From positions 1 to 38,243 of the forward strand of contig JBFMEC010000003.1 in the NCBI GenBank assembly GCA_040753575.1: a stretch of DNA of 38,243 nt. Reading direction: 5' to 3'. The DNA is from Nitrospirota bacterium (GTDB taxonomy: Bacteria > Nitrospirota > Thermodesulfovibrionia > Thermodesulfovibrionales > SM23-35). The position numbers and the translations under genes are program-made. The first letter of the stretch is position 1. The number at the start of each line of letters is the position of its first letter. The notes below the pieces were generated by a model. It made no database searches. It was not told the origin of the DNA and worked only from the letters and a program-made list of their open reading frames with translations. Positions 18,403-26,741 of this stretch are shown here, piece after piece.

Positions 18403-18921
18403 TTATTTATTACTTGCGACTTCTTTCAAGAACTTCTTGTATCGTCTCTTAAAAAATTCCCTTTTTATAGGGCTCATCCTGTCAATCAGAAGTAGTCCCT
18501 CGAGGTGATCTATTTCATGTTGCAAAGCTCTAGCCAGAAGACCAGCACCTTCTATCTCCATAGTCTTCCCTTCTCTATTAAGCCCTCTTACATAAACCCT
18601 TTCGGCCCTCTTAATTGTCGTAATATAGCCGGGGATACTCAGACATCCCTCTTCAGCTTCCATAAGGCCTTCTTTGTCTATAATAACAGGGTTTATCAGG
18701 ACTATAAGTGATCCTCCATCTTCTCTCGCACTCACATCTATAACACATAGTCTCTTAGAAACGCCCACTTGGTTTGCTGCAAGCCCAACACCTCTGGCAA
18801 AATGCATAGTCTCAATCATATCGTCAATAAGATGCTCTACATTGGCATCTATATTTTCAACGAAAGAAGTTTTCTCTTTCAGAATCCTCTGGGGATATTT
18901 CTTAATCTCAAGTAAAGCCAT
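18403..18921 (-). CDS. def: Peptide deformylase
   Basis: GVGLAANQVG, EGCLSIPG and QHEIDHLEG. Confidence 0.95.
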   Translation of the reverse strand: MALLEIKKYPQRILKEKTSFVENIDANVEHLIDDMIETMHFARGVGLAANQVGVSKRLCVIDVSAREDGGSLIVLINPVIIDKEGLMEAEEGCLSIPGYITTIKRAERVYVRGLNREGKTMEIEGAGLLARALQHEIDHLEGLLLIDRMSPIKREFFKRRYKKFLKEVASNK

Positions 18922-19280
18922 AATTTATTATAAAACATTTTGAACCGCACACGGGCCAGCCTTGTTACAGCGGTTGAATGGCTAAAGGAAAAAGGTTCTG
19001 AGAAAATTTAAAAAATTTGTTACGTAAAAATCATTTGTGCACATATGGGAAACTACTTGTGGACATATTATTAGGTAAAGTTCTTGCTCCTTGTTGTGTC
19101 AGTTTTCAATGAAAGAAACAAGTGGTCAGGTTAACATGTCCAATTATGATTTTTACAAATAGTACATAAATGATATTTCCGTAACAGAAAATTTTAAAAA
19201 TTTTGAAATATAATAGTAAATTGTATATTATAGATACTTTAAAATTAAGGATACTCTGTACAAACTTTGGAGGTTTTTGA

Positions 19281-21032
19281 ATTAGGGTTATCAATTTTAA
19301 ATCAAAGGAAGAGAGAGAGATTTACAGACACAGCACATCCCATATTATGGCCCATGCTGTGAAGGAAATTTTTCCTAAGGCAAAACTCGCAATAGGTCCT
19401 GCCACAGAGGAAGGGTTTTACTATGATTTTGATATAGATAGAGCCTTCACTCCCGAAGACCTTGTATTAATAGAAGGGAAGATGTCTGAAATAATAAGGC
19501 AGAACAATCCCTTCGTGCGTAAGGTCATACCGAGGAAAGAGGCAATTGAGCTATTTAAAAGAATGGAGGAGAATTATAAAGTCGAACTTCTCGAAGAAAT
19601 ACGTGAGGAGGAAGTCTCTCTCTATGAAGAGGATGGATTTATAGATCTCTGCAGAGGACCCCATCTTGAATCGACCGGACTGGTCAGGGCCTTTAAACTA
19701 TTGAGTATTGCAGGTGCTTATTGGCGCGGGGACGAGAGGAATAAAATGCTACAGAGGATATATGGAACAGCCTTTACGGATGAAAAGGACTTAAAAGAAT
19801 ATCTTCAATTTCTTGAGGAAGTTAAGAGGAGAGATCACAGAAGGCTTGGCAAAGAGCTTGATCTTTTCAGTATAAGTGAAGAGATCGGGCCCGGACTGAT
19901 TATCTGGCATCCAAAGGGCGCAACAGTCAGGAGGATGATAGAGGATTTCTGGCTCAATGAACACTACAAGGCAGGTTATCAGATTCTTTACACGCCGCAT
20001 ATAGCAAAGCTTCAGCTCTGGCAGAAAAGCGGCCATCTCGATTATTACAGGGAAAATATGTACTCTCCCATGGAGATTGAAGGGATAGATTACGAGATTA
20101 AGCCTATGAATTGTCCCTTCCACATCCATGTTTATAAAACTGCTTTAAGAAGCTATAAGGATCTTCCCATAAGATATTCCGAGCTCGGGACGGTTTATAG
20201 ATATGAACGCTCGGGTGTTCTCCATGGTCTCTTGCGTGTCAGGGGTTTTACACAGGATGATGCACATATTTTCTGCAGGGAAGATCAGATAGAAGAAGAG
20301 ATACTCGGTGTTCTTGAATTTACGGTATTCATACTGAAAGTATTCGGTTTTGAGAAATATGATATCTACCTTTCGACAAGACCCGAGAAATATGTGGGAA
20401 TCCTTGAGAACTGGGAAAGGTCAACGAATGCCCTTAAAAGAGCACTTGAGATAAAGGAACTTCCCTATGAAATCGACATAGGTGAAGGTGTCTTCTACGG
20501 ACCTAAGATAGATATAAAAGTCAAGGATTCACTTAATAGACCCTGGCAGTGTAGCACGATACAGGTAGATTTCAATAACCCTGAAAGGTTCGCTGTAACT
20601 TACAGGGGTAAAGACGGCAGAGAGCATAGACCGATCATGATACACAGGGCCTTGATGGGTTCTCTGGAAAGGTTTTTTGGGATACTGATAGAACATTACG
20701 CCGGAGCATTTCCTTTATGGCTTGCACCTGTCCAGGTTGAAGTTCTTACTATAGCCGAAAGACATGCAGATTATGCAAAGGATCTGGCTACAAAGTTAAA
20801 ATCAGGGGGCATAAGGACAGAATTAAATATTGAAAATGAGAAGATCGGTTATAAAATCAGGAATGCCACTATAAGGAAGGTGCCATACTTGGTTATAATA
20901 GGTGATAGAGAGGCTTCTGAACACAAAATGGCTGTTAGAAAGCGTACGGGTGAAAATATCGGACCGATGATGATAGAGGAATTTATGGGGATTATAAAAG
21001 AAAAGATTAGAAATAAGAGTTTGGAAATTTAG
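19281..21032 (+). CDS. thrS: Threonine--tRNA ligase lacking the N-terminal TGS domain; the start is probably non-canonical (ATT 19281), and the first ATG is at 19347
   Basis: Class II motifs and an anticodon-binding domain are present. The in-frame sequence upstream of ATG 19347 reads [32 protein letters not shown], which continues the conserved N2 editing-domain motif. GGAGG (19269-19273) lies 7 nt before ATT 19281. A TGA at 19278 closes the frame upstream. Confidence 0.9.
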   Translation: MRVINFKSKEEREIYRHSTSHIMAHAVKEIFPKAKLAIGPATEEGFYYDFDIDRAFTPEDLVLIEGKMSEIIRQNNPFVRKVIPRKEAIELFKRMEENYKVELLEEIREEEVSLYEEDGFIDLCRGPHLESTGLVRAFKLLSIAGAYWRGDERNKMLQRIYGTAFTDEKDLKEYLQFLEEVKRRDHRRLGKELDLFSISEEIGPGLIIWHPKGATVRRMIEDFWLNEHYKAGYQILYTPHIAKLQLWQKSGHLDYYRENMYSPMEIEGIDYEIKPMNCPFHIHVYKTALRSYKDLPIRYSELGTVYRYERSGVLHGLLRVRGFTQDDAHIFCREDQIEEEILGVLEFTVFILKVFGFEKYDIYLSTRPEKYVGILENWERSTNALKRALEIKELPYEIDIGEGVFYGPKIDIKVKDSLNRPWQCSTIQVDFNNPERFAVTYRGKDGREHRPIMIHRALMGSLERFFGILIEHYAGAFPLWLAPVQVEVLTIAERHADYAKDLATKLKSGGIRTELNIENEKIGYKIRNATIRKVPYLVIIGDREASEHKMAVRKRTGENIGPMMIEEFMGIIKEKIRNKSLEI

Positions 21033-21049
21033 ATTCGGGAGGTGAAAGA

Positions 21050-21544
21050 ATAGTTAAAGATATAAGGGTTAACGAGAAAATAAAGGCGAGGGAGGTTAGA
21101 TTAATAGATGTCGATGGGAAGCAACGCGGAATTATGCCACTGATTGAAGCCTTGAAGATCTCAAAGGAAAGAGGTCTCGATCTTGTGGAAGTGGCAGCAA
21201 ATGTCAAGCCCCCTGTTTGTAAGATACTCGATTTTGGAAAATACAGATACCAGGTAAGTAAAAGGCAGACACAAAAGAAGGCAGGTGGGATTAAGGAGAT
21301 AAAGATAAGACCTCGGATAACAGAACATGACCTTGTCTTGAAAGTTAAAAATATTAGGCGTTTCCTTGATGAAGGTAATAAAGCAAAGGTGACGATGTTT
21401 TTCAGGGGAAGGGAGATTATAAGACCAGAACTGGGTATGAGGGTATTCGAGAAGATGTTAAAGCTGATAACCGGAAAGTTTAATGTTGAACAGTTACCTA
21501 AGTTAGAGGGTAATAACATAACGATGATCATAACAGCAAAATAA
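21050..21544 (+). CDS. infC: Translation initiation factor IF-3 with a non-canonical ATA start
   Basis: The track ORF starts at Met 21134, but the in-frame upstream codons read IVKDIRVNEKIKAREVRLIDVDGKQRGI, the conserved IF3 N-terminus. GGAGG (21038-21042) lies 7 nt before ATA 21050. There is no ATG/GTG/TTG in that stretch. Confidence 0.9.
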   Translation: MVKDIRVNEKIKAREVRLIDVDGKQRGIMPLIEALKISKERGLDLVEVAANVKPPVCKILDFGKYRYQVSKRQTQKKAGGIKEIKIRPRITEHDLVLKVKNIRRFLDEGNKAKVTMFFRGREIIRPELGMRVFEKMLKLITGKFNVEQLPKLEGNNITMIITAK

Positions 21545-21565
21545 GGTGTTATAAGGGAGGATGAG

Positions 21566-21763
21566 ATGCCGAAACTTAAAACCCATAGAGGGGCGGCAAA
21601 GAGATTTAAGGTTACAGGTACGGGGAAGATAATCAGGCGGAGGAGCCATAAGAGGCATCTTCTTACAGGGAAATCTGCTAAGAGGGCGAGAAGGTTAAAG
21701 AGTCCGACTCTCGTTTCAGGCAGCGAATATGCTAATATTAGAAGGCTACTACCGGATATGTAA
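21566..21763 (+). CDS. rpmI: 50S ribosomal protein L35
   Basis: MPKLKTHRGAAKRFKVTGTGKIIRRRSHKRHLL. Confidence 0.95.
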   Translation: MPKLKTHRGAAKRFKVTGTGKIIRRRSHKRHLLTGKSAKRARRLKSPTLVSGSEYANIRRLLPDM

Positions 21764-21872
21764 TAATAGTAAGAGGTTTGAATAATGATAGGCGCTGAGT
21801 TAAATAAAGAAATAGATTTAAAACTCGTAACCGTTCACTTGAAACTCTTTACCGATTAATAAGGAGGATTAG

Positions 21873-22220
21873 ATGCCGAGGGCAAAAGGTGGTTTTAAGA
21901 CTAGGAGAAGAAGAAAAAAGGTATTGGAAAGGGCCAAGGGCTATTATGGCGCCAAAAGCCGTCTTTTTAGAATAGCGAAGGAAGCTGTTGACAGGTCCTT
22001 GCTTTATGCATACAGAGATCGTAAGGCAAAAAAGAGAGAATTTAGGGCACTGTGGATTGCCAGGATAAATGCAGCAGCACGTGCACTTGGCCTGACTTAC
22101 AGCCAGTTTATGTCAAGACTGAAAAGGGCGAATATTTTATTAAACAGGAAAGCCCTCGCAGATATGGCCTACAATGATCCCTCCGCTTTCAATGCTCTTG
22201 TTGAGAAAGTAAAAGAATAG
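21873..22220 (+). CDS. rplT: 50S ribosomal protein L20
   Basis: [33 protein letters not shown]. Confidence 0.95.
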   Translation: MPRAKGGFKTRRRRKKVLERAKGYYGAKSRLFRIAKEAVDRSLLYAYRDRKAKKREFRALWIARINAAARALGLTYSQFMSRLKRANILLNRKALADMAYNDPSAFNALVEKVKE

Positions 22221-22229
22221 AAATAAAAA

Positions 22230-23243
22230 GTGGAGGATGTCCTTTCTTTTAAAAATCTCTTTGAAGAAGAGTCAAGGTCGGTTTCCTCTCTGACCGGACT
22301 TCAGCAACTCAGGATAAAATATTTAGGCAAAAAAGGCCTTCTCGCTTCAAAGTTAAAGGCCCTCTCTTCAATTCCACCCGATTTAAGACCGGCCTATGGC
22401 AAGGCAGTGAATGAAGTTAAAAGTTTCATAGAGGAGGAGATAAAAAAGAAAGAGGCCCTTCTTAAAAAAGAAGAATATCAAAGGCGCATACTTTTAGAAA
22501 CCATAGATATAACCCTGCCAGGTAAATATATCCCCTTTGGCAGAGAGCATCCCGTAAATAAGGTTCTCCATGAAATTATAGATATCTTTCAATCGATGGG
22601 ATTCAAGGTTGAAGAAGGTCCAGAGGTAGAACTTGATTATTATAATTTCGAAGCCTTAAACATGCCGAAGGACCACCCGGCACGGGATATGCAGGATACA
22701 TTTTATATTTCCTCCGATGTCATACTTAGGACACACACATCTCCAGTCCAGGTAAGGGTAATGGAAAAAACCCCCCCCCCTTTAAAGGTTATTGCCCCGG
22801 GCAAGGTTTATAGATGTGATGCTGATATATCTCACACCCCGATGTTCCACCAGGTGGAGGGATTTATGGTCGATACGGATATTGCCCTCAGTGACCTAAA
22901 GGGTATACTTGAATTATTCTTACATAGTATTTTTAGCCCTGAAACGCCTGTTAGATTCAGGCCAAGTTTTTTCCCCTTCACAGAGCCGAGCGCCGAGGTG
23001 GATATAGGATGTATCTTTTGCTCAGGGAAAGGATGCAGGGTCTGTAAGAACAGTGGATGGCTGGAGATATTAGGTGCGGGAATGATAAATCCGAAGGTCT
23101 TCGAAATGGTCGGATATGACACGAATGTCTATTCCGGGTTTGCCTTTGGTATGGGGGTAGAGCGAGTGGCGATGCTCAAATATTCAATAGATGATATAAG
23201 GCTTTTCTTTGAGAATGACATGAGGTTTTTGAGACAATTCTGA
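22230..23243 (+). CDS. pheS: Phenylalanine--tRNA ligase alpha subunit
   Basis: GTG start. HPARDMQDTFY, FRPSFFPFTEPSAEVD and GFAFGMGVERVAML (class II motifs 1-3). Confidence 0.95.
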   Translation: MEDVLSFKNLFEEESRSVSSLTGLQQLRIKYLGKKGLLASKLKALSSIPPDLRPAYGKAVNEVKSFIEEEIKKKEALLKKEEYQRRILLETIDITLPGKYIPFGREHPVNKVLHEIIDIFQSMGFKVEEGPEVELDYYNFEALNMPKDHPARDMQDTFYISSDVILRTHTSPVQVRVMEKTPPPLKVIAPGKVYRCDADISHTPMFHQVEGFMVDTDIALSDLKGILELFLHSIFSPETPVRFRPSFFPFTEPSAEVDIGCIFCSGKGCRVCKNSGWLEILGAGMINPKVFEMVGYDTNVYSGFAFGMGVERVAMLKYSIDDIRLFFENDMRFLRQF

Positions 23244-23290
23244 TGGTTACTTTGATGGTTTCTAAAACCTGGTCGCTGTCCCTGTTTTAT

Positions 23291-24133
23291 TTACGGCAGG
23301 GCAATATCAGTCAGCTTGAACGGCGATTTTATTACAGACTTCGGTGTTATGATGAATATCGCCAACTGTGCATCCTGCGGCATGGGCTTCTCAAAATCAA
23401 ACACCCAGATATCTCCCATCCTCATCGTGCTGTTAGATGTAATCCTCTTGCCGCTTTTATCCATAAATTCTATTGCTGCCACCTTTGACTCAGTGTCTTT
23501 GATGCTCAAAATAACGCTGTTCTCTCCAATCTCCATCATGCCCCCGAACAATGAGCTTAATGCCTGAACTATCGCCTCACCAAATTCTTCTACCAGAGAT
23601 CCTTCCTTTTCTTTTACTTCCTGTTTCTTCTTTTCTTTAATTTCGTTGTACTGGCTTTTTGTGAGCACGGCGATTTCCACCTGCGCCGCCTTTAGTGCCG
23701 CGTTGTTCAATGGCTTGCCCGCCGCATTCATAAAGTTATTTATGTTTGCGGTTGCATTAGGATCGGTTTTCGGGACAAATACGGTTATTTCACCAAGCAG
23801 CTCCTTTATGACAGCAGCTCTCCGTGCCGGATTTTTCAATTTGGCCTCGACCTCTGCCTGCCCAATGTTATGCTCATCCGGCAGGGTGAAATCCGTTTTG
23901 TCCCCTTCTTCTTTCAGCAGGTTCCTATCGGTATCGTCAAGCGCTTTGGTGATTTTCAGTTTCACCCCTTTTGCATCAGAAATAATATCGCCCATGACTT
24001 TCAATTTCAGTTCCATCTGTGAGAATTGTCCGGTTGTCCTTGTATCCTTCACTTCACTCACTGATACCCTCATATCGCTCGTGTAACCAGCTACTGCAAA
24101 AAGACAAAATACACAAGTCATAAAAAGTCTCAT
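23291..24133 (-). CDS. Secreted hypothetical protein (280 aa) encoded antisense between pheS and pheT
   Basis: A strong SD (GGGAGGAGG) precedes the ATG. The signal peptide is MRLFMTCVFCLFAVAGYTS. I recognise no family. Confidence 0.7.
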   Translation of the reverse strand: MRLFMTCVFCLFAVAGYTSDMRVSVSEVKDTRTTGQFSQMELKLKVMGDIISDAKGVKLKITKALDDTDRNLLKEEGDKTDFTLPDEHNIGQAEVEAKLKNPARRAAVIKELLGEITVFVPKTDPNATANINNFMNAAGKPLNNAALKAAQVEIAVLTKSQYNEIKEKKKQEVKEKEGSLVEEFGEAIVQALSSLFGGMMEIGENSVILSIKDTESKVAAIEFMDKSGKRITSNSTMRMGDIWVFDFEKPMPQDAQLAIFIITPKSVIKSPFKLTDIALP

Positions 24134-24424
24134 CCCTGCCTCCTCCCAACAATTTTTACGGTTCTTACACGTAGTGCAAATGCTTTGTTCCGAAGCCGCA
24201 TCTCTTTTTTCTCCTTATGCATTGCCATTTCAGTTAATGGGTAATATTGAAGTATTTCGGATATACCAACTCAGGTTGAAAGCGATGTAATCAGAATATG
24301 AGATTCTATGGTTCGATTATTGATTAAAACCCTTGTCTTGTCAAGAAAATTTCCTCGTGAGGTTAGATTTGAGAATAACTGAACTTCTTGTAAATCCCTA
24401 TTTTGCAAAGATATAATAAATCCC

Positions 24425-26479
24425 ATGCGTGTTCCCTTTGAATGGTTAAAGGATTTCATTGATTTCACTGCTGCGCCTGAAGAGATAGCGGATAAACTTA
24501 CTATGATCGGCCTTGAGGTCGAGGCAATCGAGCCCTCTAAAGATGATGTAGTCTTTGAGGTTAATGTAACACCAAATAGACCTGATTGTCTCAGTATAAT
24601 TGGTATTGCGAGAGAATTATCTGCGACCTTTAATATCCCATTGAAGATACCACTATGTGAGATTAACGGGGAATCCCCTTTTTCTGATTTTTCTGTTGAG
24701 ATTTTAAATCCCGAACTATGCAATAGATATGCGGGAAGAGTGATAAAGGGAGTAAATATTTATGATTCCCCTGAATGGATCAGGGTACGGCTCGAAAAGT
24801 GTGGCGTAAGGTCTATAAATAATATTGTCGACATTACAAACTATGTTCTTTTAGAGTTTGGGCATCCACTCCATGCCTTTGATCTTGATGAGATTACAGG
24901 TGATAAGATAAAGGTTGGCGTTGCAGGTCCGGGAAATAAAATTGTAACCCTTGACGGAGCCGAAAGAAATCTACCCGAAGATTCGCTTCTTATATGGGAT
25001 AGTGTGAGGCCAATCGCCATCGCTGGTGTTATGGGTGGATTGGATACCGAGGTAACAGATAATACAAAGAATATTTTTCTTGAGAGTGCCTATTTCAATC
25101 CTCTTTCGATAAGAAGGACCGCAAAAAGATTAAATCTGATAAGCGAGTCTTCCTATAGGTTTGAAAGGGGAACTGACATAGAGTTCCTTGAGAGAGCCCT
25201 TAACAGGGCTGCCCTCATGATAAGGGAGATTGCCGGTGGTATGGTTCATGAAATAATAGATGAGTATCCCATAAAATATTTCCCGGAGCCAATTGAAGCA
25301 AGATACGATAGGATTAATAAGATTTTGGGAACAGAACTTTCAAATATTACTATTTATGAGATATTGAAGAGACTTGGAATTAAAGTCGAAGATAAGGAAG
25401 ATTCCATGGTCGTCAATCCGCCCGCTTATAGACGGGACATGAAGAACGATAATGATATAGCCGAAGAGATAGCAAGACTTTATGGCTATGACAGAATTCC
25501 TAGAAGGATTCCCCGAAGCCCCCTTCCTTCTGGCCAGCCGGCTAAGAAGATGACCAATATCTTTAGGATAAGGGAGACGATGAGAAAGGCTGGTTTCACA
25601 GAGATTATTAATTACAGTTTTATGAATCCCCTGAGTCTTGACACCATTAATATTCCCGGGGATGACAGGAGGAGGAAAGTCATTGTAATAAGCAATCCCC
25701 TGAGGCAGGAAGAGTCTCTATTAAGAACAACTCTGGTTCCATCATTAATCGAAAACTTTAAGTACAATCTTGATAGAGGAATAAAGGAAATAAGATTCTT
25801 TGAGATGGCAAAGGTCTTTGAAGATATTGGGGAACCCCTTCCTTTGGAAGAGTTCAGGCTTGGAGGTGTTTTTTACAAGGAGAAGACTCCTTCTTTGTGG
25901 CGAGAGGATGCCAGCGGATTCTTCATTACCAAGGGTGCCCTGGAATCTATATTCGAGGAGTTAAAGATAAAGGAGTATTCCTTTTCTTCATCTTCCGAGC
26001 CATTTTTACATAAAGGTCAGGCTGCTGATATCTTTGTTTCAGGTTCTTATGCGGGGTTTCTCGGTCTCCTCGGTCCCGAAATAGTCGAAAGGCTTGATCT
26101 GAAGAAACATAAGCCGGAGATTATTCTTTTTGAACTCAATCTCGATCTCCTTTTGACATTAATACCTGATTCAATAAAGTACTGTCCTACTCCGAGGTAT
26201 CCGTCTGTCGAGCGTGATATCGCAATTGTAGTTGATGACTTTATTCCTGCTTTTGAGATTAAAAAAATAATAGAGTCCTTCCCGACAGAGTTGATAGAAG
26301 AGGTTTCAGTATTTGATTATTACAAAGGTGGTAATATCCCCGATGGTAAGAAAAGCCTTGCCTTCAGCGTCATCTACAGGTCCAGAGAAAAGACTCTCAC
26401 AGATGAAGAGGTTGAAAAACTTCATACCTCTCTGGTAAAGTACGTACTGAAGAAAACGGGTGGGAAATTGAGAACATAA
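24425..26479 (+). CDS. pheT: Phenylalanine--tRNA ligase beta subunit, short form lacking the B2 (tRNA_bind OB-fold) domain
   Basis: MRVPFEWLKDFIDF...MIGLEVEAIEPSKDDVVFEVNVTPNRPDCLSIIGIAREL shows the B1 helix running directly into the NRPDC motif. B3/4, B5 and the C-terminal FDX-ACB (ERDIAIVVD) are present. The protein is 684 aa. Confidence 0.95.
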   Translation: MRVPFEWLKDFIDFTAAPEEIADKLTMIGLEVEAIEPSKDDVVFEVNVTPNRPDCLSIIGIARELSATFNIPLKIPLCEINGESPFSDFSVEILNPELCNRYAGRVIKGVNIYDSPEWIRVRLEKCGVRSINNIVDITNYVLLEFGHPLHAFDLDEITGDKIKVGVAGPGNKIVTLDGAERNLPEDSLLIWDSVRPIAIAGVMGGLDTEVTDNTKNIFLESAYFNPLSIRRTAKRLNLISESSYRFERGTDIEFLERALNRAALMIREIAGGMVHEIIDEYPIKYFPEPIEARYDRINKILGTELSNITIYEILKRLGIKVEDKEDSMVVNPPAYRRDMKNDNDIAEEIARLYGYDRIPRRIPRSPLPSGQPAKKMTNIFRIRETMRKAGFTEIINYSFMNPLSLDTINIPGDDRRRKVIVISNPLRQEESLLRTTLVPSLIENFKYNLDRGIKEIRFFEMAKVFEDIGEPLPLEEFRLGGVFYKEKTPSLWREDASGFFITKGALESIFEELKIKEYSFSSSSEPFLHKGQAADIFVSGSYAGFLGLLGPEIVERLDLKKHKPEIILFELNLDLLLTLIPDSIKYCPTPRYPSVERDIAIVVDDFIPAFEIKKIIESFPTELIEEVSVFDYYKGGNIPDGKKSLAFSVIYRSREKTLTDEEVEKLHTSLVKYVLKKTGGKLRT

Positions 26480-26510
26480 ATGTTAACAAAAATTTTTCCA
26501 AAAATTTTTC

Positions 26511-26540
26511 TTGACTTTCGAGTTATTATTTTGATATAAA
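26511..26540 (+). promoter_or_regulatory. Candidate sigma70 promoter TTGACT-N18-TATAAA with an upstream A5T5-CC-A5T5 block (26488-26509)
   Basis: Hexamers were read directly. The A/T-tract block abuts the -35 like an UP element. The site lies 32 nt after the pheT stop and 23 nt before repeat copy A. Confidence 0.4.
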
Positions 26541-26562
26541 AGTAAGAGACGGATTTGTAATT

Positions 26563-26620
26563 AAAGCCACGAAGGCTTAAAAGAAGACCAGCAGGTCTAA
26601 AAGTTTTCGTGGCTTTTTTT
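26563..26620 (+). terminator. Structured repeat copy A, shaped like an intrinsic terminator (11-bp outer stem, inner hairpin, T7 run)
   Basis: AAAGCCACGAAGGCTTAAAAGAAGACCAGCAGGTCTAAAAGTTTTCGTGGCTTTTTTT. AAAGCCACGAA pairs with TTCGTGGCTTT. The inner hairpin is GACC-AGCA-GGTC. Confidence 0.6.
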
Positions 26621-26741
26621 ATTTGCCGCGGGGAAAGGAGACCGCTGTGGCAAAAATCTTCACTACAATATGAAAAATCCTCAAACTTTTTCAAACCAGA
26701 TGTTAATCATCATTCACATTATCGAAACGGAGGATTTAATT

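Noticed and set aside
18944-19280. Degenerate TGS-domain coding remnant upstream of thrS, and the 62-aa minus-strand ORF 19106..19294
   Set aside because: All three + frames are full of stops and show nothing TGS-like. The minus ORF is an Ile/Phe/Lys/Asn-rich product of AT-rich DNA with no SD.
19311-19320. (GA)5 dinucleotide run near the 5' end of thrS as a phase-variation tract
   Set aside because: Five units is too short for appreciable slippage. It encodes the conserved acidic stretch (EERE) in frame.
24271-24723. 150-aa minus-strand ORF overlapping the pheT start
   Set aside because: It overlaps the conserved pheT N-terminus in antisense. It has no SD and a Ser/Ile-rich shadow composition.
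26422-26741. Minus-strand ORF 26422..26694, and the upstream ATG 26670 as the porin start
   Set aside because: The minus ORF spans the pheT stop, the promoter-like region and repeat A, and has no SD. ATG 26670 has no SD and would add 24 non-signal-like residues. ATG 26742 has GGAGGA at -7 and begins a proper signal peptide.
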